Notes: generated by a model not told the origin, from the sequence alone. 63,781 nt of DNA, filler included, from Octopus bimaculoides (GCF_001194135.2; 8 parts of 8 records of this genome joined end to end with filler, not necessarily neighbours in it), one strand, 5' to 3'. Positions 10,077 to 21,826 are shown, counted from the whole stretch's first letter. Numbers and translations: made by a program.

Positions 10077-12260
10077 CGATCAGAATTATCCTAGGGTTAA
10101 ACAACAACTTCGCTAGCAGAAGCTAAGAGTTAAGTTTTCATAGTTGACCGTATTTCACCGAACACCGTTTACCACTTCACTTCCGTTATTTACGGTCCTA
10201 TGCGACAAGTTAAGGTATCTCGACCCAACCCTTTTATTGAGGGCAGGTCTTGCTTCTAAGTTTGTTATGAATCCTATTAAGACACAACTTATTTCTTATA
10301 TAAATATTTGAATCCACTCAAAGTATTTATAAACAATATATATATAACAACAGATTTGCTCAAGGAGCTTCATAGTTGGCAAAAGTTTGAAAATATCAAT
10401 CATTATTCAGTCAGATCGACATTATATTCACACGGCTGGGAAAAAAAAAGGTATAAATGTTTTTTTGCTTGCACGTTTCATTAATATTACTGAGCTGATT
10501 ATCGATCTGTATCAGATATTGATACACTGTCGATGATATATAACAGATATTTGATGTGATCGATCTATACACGAAAATTATTTGACAATGTCTATGAAAC
10601 TTTTCTGTTGTTTTGTTTTGCTTTTTCGAATACATTATTTCTGCTTAGCTCCATGTTACCTCTGATCAAGCAGACTTATAATTATAGACGTTCCAGCCAC
10701 GACATCTCGTCTTTTTATGAATCAGGGATTGTTTTGACGTGTATTTCGTAATTTAAGATCGAAAACGGTGTGTTTTGAGTGAAATTTGGTTGCCTTTTCT
10801 AGCTGATCGAACGACTGCTCCCGCATATTTGTATAATATAATGTAGCGTTCTGTTCAAAAAGAAAGCGCTGAGTACACAAAACATACAGAGGGAATTTCT
10901 GGCAGGTTAATAGAGACCCAGGATGTTAAAATTACAATTTGGGTATGTACTTATTCCGCCACCCGGTTTAACATCACAAACTGATCTGACGATAAACTTC
11001 TTTCCTGCCAGTCACGTAAGCCCTGGGAATATTTGTAGCCATTGTCCTTCCACTTGTAAGCCATTTGAGACAGAGAATGGGTGGGGGGCTTAATAGGGCA
11101 CAGGAATAATAACATTAGAGGTTCGTCTCCTAGACGATCTTCTGCTCAACCTGGTTCACGGCTACGCATGATTATTGTTCCACCTGTACAACATTTTTTG
11201 TTCATCCAATTCTTCTTATTCAGCCGTAAACTTCAAAAAATATATGCAAACACATAAACACGAGCGTTATTAAATTTTCTAGTGCTTCAAATATGTTACT
11301 GTAATCTTGTTTTTTGTGTATAAAAAATGTAATTTTATAAAATATATATTTAAAAGATAGAATACTGTTTCATTAGTTGTGTACGGTACTTCAGATTCTT
11401 GAGTTAAAGTAAGATTTTCGTGTTTCGTCGCCTAAGCAACAATACGATGGACTCGTTAAACAATACTATGCTTGTTGAATATATATTCTATACTTAAAAA
11501 CCATTACTGANNNNNNNNNNNNNNNNNNNNNNNNNNNNNNNNNNNNNNNNNNNNNNNNNNNNNNNNNNNNNNNNNNNNNNNNNNNNNNNNNNNNNNNNNN
11601 NNNNNNNNNNNNNNNNNNNNNNNNNNNNNNNNNNNNNNNNNNNNNNNNNNNNNNNNNNNNNNNNNNNNNNNNNNNNNNNNNNNNNNNNNNNNNNCCGATC
11701 TTATATATATATTTCGGGAATTACTATTTGATAAGGTTTGTGTTTAAATTCTGGAATCTGGTTTCTCTTTGTTCTTTCTGGTTTAGGGTCCTTCCGCAAT
11801 AGGAAGAACCGTTTTTGTTTTTAAGCCAGTTTGTCTTGGATTTCTTTTTCATATAAAGTTAATGGGGGTGATTTGCTTGCTATTTCTAACAGATTGAACA
11901 AAAATTGCAGAAGCAACCTCATAGATTCGTTTCGTGTTTTGAAATTAGTATTGTTGTGAAAGTATAGTGGGGAAATTTTTTTTATCACCTAAACATCTCG
12001 ACTTAACTATGGACAGTTGTACAAATTTTACATAAAATACAAATGCATTTCTTTCTACGACAATATGAAACAATGTAAGTCAACAGATTAAAAATATCAT
12101 CATCACACGTCCGTTTGACATTGCTTGCATGGGTTGGACGAGTTTCACAGTAGCTCACACGACCTATTGTGATCCTTCGTTATCTGTCACACACAATAAT
12201 AAAGATAATAACCAATCTTTGTTTTATATACATATATATATATATGTGTGTGTGTGTGTG

Positions 12261-12517
12261 TTTCCATCATTTTCTATAGAGTAGAAAAAAAATTTTTTAA
12301 TTCACTGAAAGCGGAGAATACATACATAGAGTAATCAATTTGTTACCATAGTCCAGTCAAATTAATAAGTTCATTCATTTTGCCTATGCTGTGTTTCGGC
12401 TAATTGTGTAGGCAATATGAAAGAACTTATTAATTTGACTGGACTATGGTAATAAATTGTATTCTCCATTTTCATAGAATTTTAAAGTTTTTTTTCCTAT
12501 ATCGAAAATGATGGAAA
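12261..12517. repeat. 257-bp imperfect palindrome (fold-back/MITE-like)
   Basis: Core arms 12337-12372 and 12423-12458 pair at 35/36 plus one G-U; outer arms TTTCCATCATTTTC/GAAAATGATGGAAA and GGAGAATAC/GTATTCTCC; inner TGCCTA/TAGGCA. Confidence 0.85.
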
Positions 12518-12544
12518 TTTGGCTTGATGCATCTTTTCAAGTAC

Positions 12545-13495
12545 AGCAAATCGCCACAACTCTCAGTCCGTTGTCATTTACCTCAGTGTGGCCTAACATC
12601 TGAAGATCCTTTCTCACCACTTCACTCCACATCTCCCTGTGTCTACCTCTTTCACAGGTTCCTCCACAATTAGAGCTTGGCACTTCTTTATGCAGCTGTC
12701 CTCATCCATATGCATCACATAACCAAACCAGTGCAGCCTTCTCTCTTGCTCACTACATCTGATGCCCCTTATACCCAGTCTTCCTCTTAAATCACTTACA
12801 CTCTGTCATGTGTGCACAACGATGCTAGCTCCATCTTTTTCAAGCCTTAGCAAATCCTCTGTAGTCAAAACCCATGTTTCACTGCCATGTAGCATAGCTG
12901 TATGTACACATTCATCCTACAATCTACATTTCACTCTAAGGGAGAGGCCCTTAGTTACCAACAAAACTAGAAACTCTCTGAACTCCGCCCAGCCCATTCT
13001 TATCCTAGCAACTACACTTTCAGAACTCTTTCCTCAACTGCTAACTTGGTCCCCAAGGTACCAGAAGGTATCTACTACTTCTAATGATCTACCCAAGCAT
13101 TTGAGGGAGCCCTGTTGTCTGTGTGTCTTTAGTGTTTATTGCACCTGCACTTTTGCCACATACTAAGACTATATTCTCCGTTAACCTTTCTTTGATAGTG
13201 CTACACCTTTTATGCACTGGGTACAATGTATGGAGTTTCTACCAACACCCCTTCTTATATAACAAGCAGGGCCATCTCTCAGAAGGGTCTTGTGGTTTGT
13301 TTGTTTTTCTATTTACTAGGACTTTAGTTTTTGCTAAATTAACTGTAAGGCCCTTAGATTCCAGACCTTGTTTCCACACCTGAAATTTCTTCTTTAGGTC
13401 AGGTCCTAGATTCAGCTATAAGAACAAAGTCATCAACATAGAAAAGCTCCCAGAGACAACTGGTCTTGAATTCTTCAGTTAAGGCCTGAAGGAAG
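12545..13495 (-). mobile_element. Decayed RTE-clade LINE: C-terminal RT, thumb and end of ORF2
   Basis: LQALTEEFKTSCLWELFYVDDFVLIAES, VWKQGLESKGLTVNLAKTKV, LEVVDTFWYLGD, MLHGSETW, RRLHWFGYVM; stops and frameshifts. Confidence 0.9.
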
Positions 13496-13659
13496 CTAAT
13501 ACTTTACTCTATTACTATTCTGAGTTTCCAATGTTATCATGTTCTTCAAGGATAGCAATGGCTTAGCTTTGAACAAATGAACAAAATATGTCATGTCATG
13601 CCATATTATATGTGTGTGTGTGAATATCATATGTACATTATATTATATTTCTTTGTTGC

Positions 13660-13965
13660 CAACAGAGGTAATATCTCCTTAAACTTCTTGTATCCTATTC
13701 TTGATCTGACTGCAACACTTTCAGAGTATTCTTTTCTACAGCTTTTTAGTCATCTAACCAACAGAAGCTATCAACTACTTCTATAAAGCCTTCAAAATGC
13801 TACAAAGCATATGCTTTTGTTGTCTGTTAACTTCCACTGTACAAATGCTACATGCTAAATCAGTATTTACTGTCAACTTGTCTATGATTTCAGTACACGT
13901 CTTCTTCACCCAATGCAGACTGTATGGATCTCCTTCCTACTCCTTTTTTGCATATCTAGCACAGC
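13660..13965 (-). mobile_element. Older RTE-clade LINE fragment, same RT region
   Basis: KKGVGRRSIQ...HWVKKTC...ACSIC...IEVVDSFCWLDD...; parallels 13000-13280. Confidence 0.7.
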
Positions 13966-14169
13966 TATTTTCCTGTATTTAGTAAATATGAAAGAAGAGA
14001 TTTGTCTTCTTTGATAATTACTAAAACTTGACTTTCTGAGGCATCTCGATTCTAAGTTTTCCTCAAATGCTAGTATAAGGACCCTTACCCTTGTAATAGC
14101 TAACAATTATGTTATTACACCAGTCACTGGGTATTACACCTTCCTGAATGACCTGGTTAACTATGTGGG

Positions 14170-14610
14170 TGGCTAACCTGTATCCTACCTTACCGGATGG
14201 ACCAGGCTTTCCCAGTTTTCATGTTTTTAATTACCTTATCTATCATATCCACTAGGATTGCCGGTCCCCTTGTTGGGTTCACATGAGGGAGACTCCCTTT
14301 ACCCCATTCATTCTCTACATTCAACAGACTCACATAGTAAATTTTCCATGCCTCTTTCTTGCCCACATCACTTAGTGCAAGCATACCATTATCCATCCGT
14401 ACACACTTCCTTCCTACAATATCTCGATTCTCACTGAGACACTCTCTAGCAATCCAGAAAACTTCAAGCTTCAGGTCTTCATGCTGTAGGACATCGGCAA
14501 ACTTCTTTTCTGCTTCTACTCTCTCTCTTGCTAGACAGACCTAACATCTAACCTCCCTTTTAGCCTTCTGATATGATTCTTTGCTACCACCCCTCTTTTC
14601 CATATATATA
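14170..14610 (-). mobile_element. RTE-clade LINE fragment (endonuclease-RT linker)
   Basis: KEAWKIYYVSLLNVENEW...GPAIL...KVIKNMKTGKA, the typical pre-RT region. Confidence 0.8.
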
Positions 14611-14789
14611 AAATCACAGAGATGTGAGTTTGAGTCTCATGGCTGGCCGGCAACGTATTTTTCTGCATTATATGGATAATTTATCCTGATCACGCTATTT
14701 ATAGCATTATCACGTGTTTGAGAAATAAATTTATTTCTGTATCTTACAATACATCTCAACGCTTAATAATTTAATAATCACAACATTCT

Positions 14790-16095
14790 CTATGACTTCT
14801 TCAAACCCTACATCATTCGCAAGTGTCACAAATATGTTTCTGAATTTGATGTAGACTTCCTGCTTATGGAAAACTTGTAAACTTACAGATACAGTCTGAC
14901 CATGTATTTTACTAATCACCATTCAGAGTTGAGGTTTTCACTTCATCCCATAACTCAGTAATGTTACCCACAGCATCCATCATGTGAAACATCTTCCAAA
15001 AGCCTCTAACTGTAGGTTTATCCAACTTGTCAATGCTTTCATAAATTGTTTGAAAGTTCTTCTGGGATAATATTGAAGTTAACTATCCATTTGCTGCAGC
15101 AAAGAAGTTGTACACTTGGGGATATATTCTGTTCTCACATTATCAGAAAGCTTAGTTAAGTTTGCTAGGGGTTCTTGGTTGCATTGTTTTTAAAAAAGCA
15201 ATGTTTTGTTGGAAATATGTCTGGTACTGTACCTTTCTACAGTAGGACAAAAAACATTCTTCAAAAAGGCTCTTAGTCATCCATACCTTCTTATTTGAAT
15301 ACCAAATCAAAAGCAAATTAAATTTTGCATAACCCCTTGAAAGCCCTTGGATTTTTGAGAGTGGTACATGAGTAGGGGCTTTAATTTCGCATCAGTAGCA
15401 TTTCTTCTCAGAAGATGTGTCAGACAATGTTTGGAAGCTTTAAATCCTGGTGTTGACTTTTCTATCCAAGGAACAAAAATTCTAGCAGGCGTGAGCTTCT
15501 AGAAAAGTGCAGTGTCATCAATATTGTATACTTGCTCTGGTGCATAGCTCCCTCCAGCAATCATTTTTTACAACTGCTCAGGATAATTACATAGGCACAG
15601 CTGTGGCTGTGTGAGAAGATGTTTGCTTTCCAACGATATGGTTGTGTGGCATCTTGGGCAAGTGTCTTCTGCTATAGACTCAGGCCAACCAAAGCTTTGT
15701 GAGTGGAACTGGTAGAAGGAAACTGAAAGAAGCCCACCATATGTGTGTGTGTGTTTTTACTGCCACCGCTTGACAACCAGTGTTGGTGTGTTTATACCCC
15801 TGTAACTTAGCAGTTCAACGAAAGAGACCGATAGAGTAAGTACCTGTTTTAAAAAAAAATAACTACTAGGGTCAATTTGCTCTATTAAAATCCTTCAAGA
15901 CAATGCCCCAGTATGACCACAGTCTAATGAGTGAAACAAGTAAAAGATAATTAGCAGCAGTCTTTGTATCAGCACTGGTTGCTCCATCAGTCATTTTTAT
16001 GTTATGTTTATTCAAACACTTCTTAAGCCGTTCAAACCAGCTTTTACTAATCAGAAAAGCTTTTCCATTTGAAGTTTCACTTTCCTTTTTCTGCA
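14790..16095 (-). mobile_element. Decayed Tigger/pogo (TIGD1-like) transposase, interrupted by an S1 SINE
   Basis: CENP-B-type HTH FLISKSWFERLKK...HNIK; YAPEQVYNIDDTALF, PGFKASK, KLKPLLMYHS, SNKKVWMT. Confidence 0.88.
15590..15945 (+). mobile_element. Full-length diverged S1 SINE with an 8-bp TSD
   Basis: GATAATTA at 15582-15589 and 15946-15953; removing it rejoins the transposase frame (AANY/PEQL). Confidence 0.9.
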
Positions 16096-16177
16096 AATCA
16101 TAAAAAAACCTTTTTGTTTTTTATTCCTCTCCCCAACCTTTGGGTAGCGCATTAAGGTTGTAGGTACTGTTTTGCTT

Positions 16178-16426
16178 ATGAATTCTTCCAATTGCAAGTT
16201 TTCTTTTCAGGTACACGACACTGCTTTTCCCCTTCCCAGGCTACAGGCCCACACCCCCAACACCCATACTGTTAGGATTGGCACTCTCAACGTCGGCACG
16301 CTGAAAGGTAGATCTGGTGAAATTGTTGAGATGCTTGAACGGAGATGCGTAGATATGTGCTGCATCCAGGAAGTAAGATGGAGAGGAGGTTCTGCAAGGT
16401 TCCTCACAGGCAAAGAACACAGGTAC
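16178..16426 (+). mobile_element. RTE-clade LINE 5' end: intact start of the APE endonuclease ORF, truncated by an assembly gap
   Basis: VRIGTLNVGTLKGRSGEIVEMLERRCVDMCCIQEVRWRG (N-x-x-T-L and QE motifs); no stops before the gap. Confidence 0.9.
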
Positions 16427-16570
16427 NNNNNNNNNNNNNNNNNNNNNNNNNNNNNNNNNNNNNNNNNNNNTTAATTAATTAANNNNNNNNNNNNNNNNNN
16501 NNNNNNNNNNNNNNNNNNNNNNNNNNGAGCCCGGTGTAGCACATCCATGTTCTTCTTCTTCTTCTTCTTC

Positions 16571-16614
<44 letters not shown>

Positions 16615-16653
16615 ATTATTATTATCATCTTCATCATCATCATCATCATCATC

Positions 16654-16700
<47 letters not shown>

Positions 16701-16924
16701 TATTATTATTACTATATGTGTCTGTATCTATCTATCTATATATACTTGCATACACACATACTCACACACGCACGCACACACGCACTCACACACGCACATA
16801 TCCCCTTCTGTTTTTAATTATTTCATATCTTCCTCTGAGGAATGAGTTAGTTTCTAACAAAGCTACAAAGCTCCGTCGCTGTAATGTAAATAACAAAAAA
16901 ACAAATTCACATTTTACACTTAAA

Positions 16925-19075
16925 AGTCTTTCATATTTTTACTTTTCCACTTACAGATTTTATATGCAATGTGCGAATTAGCTGGTTATTGTCTTCTGGA
17001 AATCTTAGCTTATCCAGATTGTCACTTAGGCATTTACTCAGAAAACCTATTGCACCAATTTTTATTAGTGTAAATGTCAATTTATAATCTGGAAATAGGA
17101 ACTGGTTCTTTCGAAACAGATGTCTTTGGTTATCCGCTTTCTCTTTGATTTTCGAAGAGACGTTCGCATTAGTAAGGCAGCTGACCTCTACTTTTTCTTG
17201 TCAGTCCCAAATATTATCCAGCCTATTAATATGCTTACACTTGACAGATGTTTTGATAGGAATGTTCTACTAATATTCTATGTGTTATTGTTTGTGTACA
17301 TATTCAATAGCAAGGGGTTTCTCTATATTTATTCCAGAACGCTCTTCTTTCCGGATGGCATTATGTATTGTTTTTGCGAAAACGTCGAGTCGTCGCATAG
17401 GAAGGTAATACCTTGATGACATTTTGGGGCAGCTGCTAATCATGTGTGATGGCTTCCGCAGAAATATGAATATAATCTGTATTTTCGGTTGCATCTCGGC
17501 GTTCCACGCCCTTCACTGAATCTTTAGCTTATTAGGTATTTCGTGGCAACCCCCTGTTCTTGAATTGTGATATGATGTAGCAATCACGAGTCCAAGTGAG
17601 GTTGCACTTCATATCGATATTATTGACTTCAAGTCTTCGGGAAATATATCCATGCATAGGCCTTTAAAAAAAAATTGTATGCTGAACATTTCACATACAC
17701 GTCTTCTTTGAGGTACGTTATTTCGGCTGTTTTAGAGGTTGCATGTAAGATAATCAAGAAGAGAGTACTTCTTGTGTGACTCACTGCCGACTCGTCGGAT
17801 GTTGTTTCTCTTATCTTTCCTGCTTTAAGTTTATATATTTATTTTGCTGCGGTTGTTTAGCAGGTGTTCTTTAAGAGTGACTATCCGACATTCGATAGCT
17901 GTCTACACTGATCTCATGCCTCTGCTGCTTTCGATCCTTCTTACGTAGCTCCTGTCGACATCACAGTTTCAGTGGAAGTTTCTATTTCATGTCAGAACCC
18001 CGCAGGTTTAATGTCTGTAGAGTGGATTTCCTTTATAGATCAGTCAAGTATCCCAAGGCACGGAATCAGCACTGGTGCTACAACTCCATTGTGGGATTTT
18101 GTTTTGTTATAACAAGAGAGTTCGCATGCCATACTTTTCTAATTTTGGCATAATATTTTCGGGTCACTCTATCTTCGTATATTTTCACTAATGCCTAAGT
18201 AATTGTAAGGTTCTTTATGTGGAATAGGAGAGATAGGGTGACCATTGATGCACAGATTTTGCGTGGGTGGGGATTGATTTTCCGCGTCCAACAATTAATT
18301 ATCAACATTTGTGGTGTGGGGGGGGATAAATTCCATTTCTACATCAACTGAAAATCTTCAGCTGTGTTTATTTTATTTTTTTTTTGGTGGGGGGCATTAT
18401 TAACATTTTTAGCATAATCATGAGATCATCCACAAAGAAACTATGGGTTACATTAATGTCTCTAGCAGTTGCAGACCCTTGATTTTTGAAGCAGGAATAA
18501 TAACGGATTTAATGCTAAAGTGAACAGAATTACAGGAAGTCTATCTCCTTTGAATATTCCTATTGAAATATTTATAACGTTGGAAACGATTTTTCAGCTC
18601 CCAGTTGTAAGTGTGAGAAGTGTTGGCAAGGTCTTTGTGAGCTTCTCAATGACAGCAACTAAAGTAGCACATACCTTTGTCAAATATAGACACTTCAGCA
18701 GTCATTAGTGGGGAATAAAGTCAAACGCTTTCCTGCGATCAGGTCATACTGTCGCAAGGTGTTTTATTTTAGACAGTACAGCTTTGTTTACCAAAAGTTG
18801 GTCGGCACCCATTCCCCACTCACGCTTCTTTCCAACTACATGCTCATCAGTCACTATGTTGTTGTTGTTGTTGCTTTTTTCTTTGTTTTGTCTTTTGTTG
18901 TTTTTTGTCAAAGAAAGATTCTTGTTGCCGAAGCTGTTTCGCCATAAAGATATTTAAGTTGGGGTGAGCGCCGTCCTAGTATATCTTAACTGTTTCATAT
19001 ATCTGATAGAACGATCATCACGGGTTTTCTCGTAGCACCGAGGTAGATTTAGTCTGATATTGATGGTACTGTGAT
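16925..19075 (-). mobile_element. Decayed RLE-type (R4/Dong-like) non-LTR retrotransposon
   Basis: GIFKGDRLPVILFTLALNPL, NVTHSFFVDDL (RT), HMISSCPKMSSRYYLPMR (CCHC region), RLE region ...IKIGAIG... Confidence 0.8.
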
Positions 19076-19173
19076 GTATGGATGTGTTGTATGTATGTAT
19101 GTATGTATGTATGTATGTATGTATGTATGTATGTATGTGTGTGTGTGTGTGTGTGTATGTATGTGTACGTACG

Positions 19174-19397
19174 TACGGTGGGTGCTGAAAAGTTCTTCTC
19201 TTCAGAGAGGATCAGTTAATTACAGGAGAATCAGTTAATTATGATTTTATTCAGCATATTCCCCTCTCAAATTCACACACTTATTGCTGCGCTCCTTCAG
19301 GTTTTCTAAGGCTTGTAAAAGAGCTCGGAAAGTTGGGCCTCCAACTAGACCTTTCGCCATACCCTTAAAGCCAGGAACTTTCCAGTACCTTCTCGTA
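19174..19397 (-). mobile_element. Mariner-derived MITE with TA-flanked TIRs
   Basis: TACGGTGGGTGCTGAAAAGTTC ... GAACTTTCCAGTACCTTCTCGTA; minus strand reads LENLKERSNKCVNLRGEYAE*. Confidence 0.8.
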
Positions 19398-19824
19398 TTT
19401 GTGATTTGTTGAAATATGGCAGTAATTAGAAGTACTCTGGAATCCCGAAAAGAAGTAAATGGTATTGGTGACAATTTAAATTTTACATCAATTAGTACAT
19501 CACTGCCATTTAAGTCCCAGTTATAAAATAAAAGTACATTGGCAGTAAGAGAGTACGATTTGTAGTCCTCGCGTAAAGTATCTGATAAATAATATGATTG
19601 GTACTCATCCGGGATAAGTAATTCACGTTGATGAAAATGAGATTAAAGTTACAACCGATATTGAAATAAATGACAAATGTTTCGCATGTAATCATGGTTT
19701 GAATTTGAAAATTTTTAGAATGATCCAGAATGTAAATTCATATGAGTCACTGTATAATTATATAATTGCATAGGTATAATTAAATCAACATTAACGTTAT
19801 TTATATGAATTATTGCAGGAAGTT

Positions 19825-19995
19825 TTAGAGCTTTATTTACATTATTTACATTATTCAGCGGATATTTGTCCTCGTCTTGCTTGTTGTTAACACAACGTTT
19901 CGGATGATATATCCTCCAGCCTTCTTCAGGTGTCTTGGGGAAATTTCCAACTTGGGTTCTCATTCCTAAGGTATTTTTCGATGTTGTTGTTGTTG

Positions 19996-20061
<66 letters not shown>

Positions 20062-20133
20062 TCACTGCTTGGAATCAAACTCGGAATCTTGGGGTTAGTA
20101 GCCCGCGCTCTTAACCACTATGCCATATGCCCG
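19825..20133 (-). mobile_element. tRNA-headed SINE-like element with internal (AAT)n and a hammerhead motif
   Basis: Head 20133-20059 with A box TGGCATAGTGG and B-box-like GAGTTTGATTCC; (AAT/AAC)n; hammerhead; terminal AATGTAAAT x2. Confidence 0.8.
19889..19934 (-). ncRNA. Minimal type-I hammerhead ribozyme motif
   Basis: GACAC-CTGAAGA-A-GGCTG(10 nt)CATCC-GAAA-CG-TT^GTGTT: 5-bp stem I (one G-U), stem II 4/5 bp, palindromic ACGU stem III, GUU triplet. Confidence 0.7.
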
Positions 20134-20267
20134 TAGATCTGTTGGATGTGTTTCTCTCTCTCTCTCTNNNNNNNNNNNNNNNNNNNNNNNNNNNNNNNNN
20201 NNNNNNNNNNNTTAATTAATTAANNNNNNNNNNNNNNNNNNNNNNNNNNNNNNNNNNNNNNNNNNNN

Positions 20268-20302
<35 letters not shown>

Positions 20303-20340
20303 TTCAAAAAAGGAAAAAGATTAAAAAAAACAACAACAAA

Positions 20341-20510
20341 AAACAACAACGTGAGGACGTGATACAGATTGTGTTACTAGACACTCAGGAAAGGAAAGAG
20401 AGAGAATATGACGTTTCGAGCGGAGCTCTTCGTCGGAAACAAGGAAAGTCCAAAGAAGGGAAAAACGGAGGAAGAAAAAATCGCCACTGATGTCCACGAG
20501 GTTACATATA
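20341..20510 (-). mobile_element. Penelope-like terminal-repeat fragment with a mutated hammerhead (20406-20440)
   Basis: GTTT-CCGACGA-A-GAGC tcc GCTC-GAAA-CG-TC-ATAT; homologous to 25146-25325. Confidence 0.6.
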
Positions 20511-21776
20511 GGTTTATATACGCATAAATATATAGTAATATATACATATGCATATCTATCAATGCGTGCGTGTATACATACACACACTACTGATGACCGA
20601 AAGTAAAGTTGATACATGACTATATATTTATATATATATTCGTTTAGCATACATATCTATGCATGAATACATTTGTATATGACTATAAAATTTTGTGTTT
20701 GATATTCATTTTTCTCTCTCTCTTTTACGTTCGAATTTGACCATTCTAATATAGCAGTGTCAAAATGTATTCTTCCGCCAGCATTTAACTAATTAAAACA
20801 TGACTCTAATTTTATTCAGAAAGAAGTTAAGTTCTAATCTGTATTCTGTATAAATAGCATTTGAATAATAATTGTGAGATCCCATTTGGATTTGGTGTGG
20901 AACATCATACTGTCCGGTATATAACATACATAACGACATTAGTTGCCTGAAGATTACATGCAAATTATGTATCGATTTAACACTTTCGAAACTCCAGACC
21001 ATGGTTAAGTGTCCTAGCAAATTTTCTTTGTCTCCTTGGTGATGTACAGAATAGTTCTTTGAATATCGCAAAAGCAACTGTTAGGAGCCTACAGTGATAC
21101 CGATGCTGAAAATTAACATCATGAATATTTGATGCGTTTTGATTCACTTCTCATATCCATATTATTCTCAGAATTTCTGTTTAGCTGTATTACTTTTATC
21201 GTTATCCAACCAATCAACTATTTTCATTCTATCTGATATAGCTAAGTATCTATAAGTTATCTGGACACGAAGCATGTGTTGATGTACCCAGAAGATTAAC
21301 ATATTCGCCCAAGCCACTGCAGTCTTGTTGAATATTAGCCTGTATTTGATATTAACTTTTCTCTAATGTATTATTTTAAAAATATTATTCAATATTAAAA
21401 TTTTCATAGATGCTAATATAGAATCCATGGTTATGCTTTCTGCGGGAAGCCTATTTATCTATTTCTTTTAAAATATAATATATAATAGAATCAGTGGAAG
21501 CAATATAAATTAATGGTCTAGTGTCTACTAATCTCTATAAATTCATTGACCATAAAGTAGAGTACAAACAGAGGACTCAAATGTGCTCCTCTTTACGGAC
21601 CTCGGTTCCTCAGTTTGCCGGTGGTTATGTAGTTTCCTCACGGTTAAGCGAATACGGGAGAATGACCTCGCACGCACCCACACGATAGCTGACTTTCCGT
21701 AAATCTCTCTCTTTCTCTTTCTTTCTTTCTTTCTTTCCTTCTTTCTTTCTTTCTCCCTTTCTTTCTTTCTTTCTTT

Positions 21777-21826
<50 letters not shown>

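Noticed and set aside
10215-10353. Possible intronic H/ACA snoRNA (GACC/GGTC hairpin, AAGAC-ACA)
   Set aside because: No H box between hairpins, the hairpins overlap and the second is weak
10411-10635. 74-aa minus-strand ORF
   Set aside because: No family motif and no usable splice signals on that strand
16471-16482. TTAATTAATTAA islands inside N-runs (also near 20212, 40139, 41472, 59203, 60863 and 62270)
   Set aside because: Identical 12-mer centred in similar-sized gaps: scaffolding padding, not biology
17122-17140. TCTTTGGTTATC resembling miR-9
   Set aside because: Match ends after 12 nt, no precursor hairpin, and it lies within R4-like coding sequence
20588-20605. CTGATGACCGAAAG hammerhead-like string (also CTGATGAAGT near 44820 and TTGAAGAAGT near 25465, minus strand)
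   Set aside because: No viable stem II, III or I geometry
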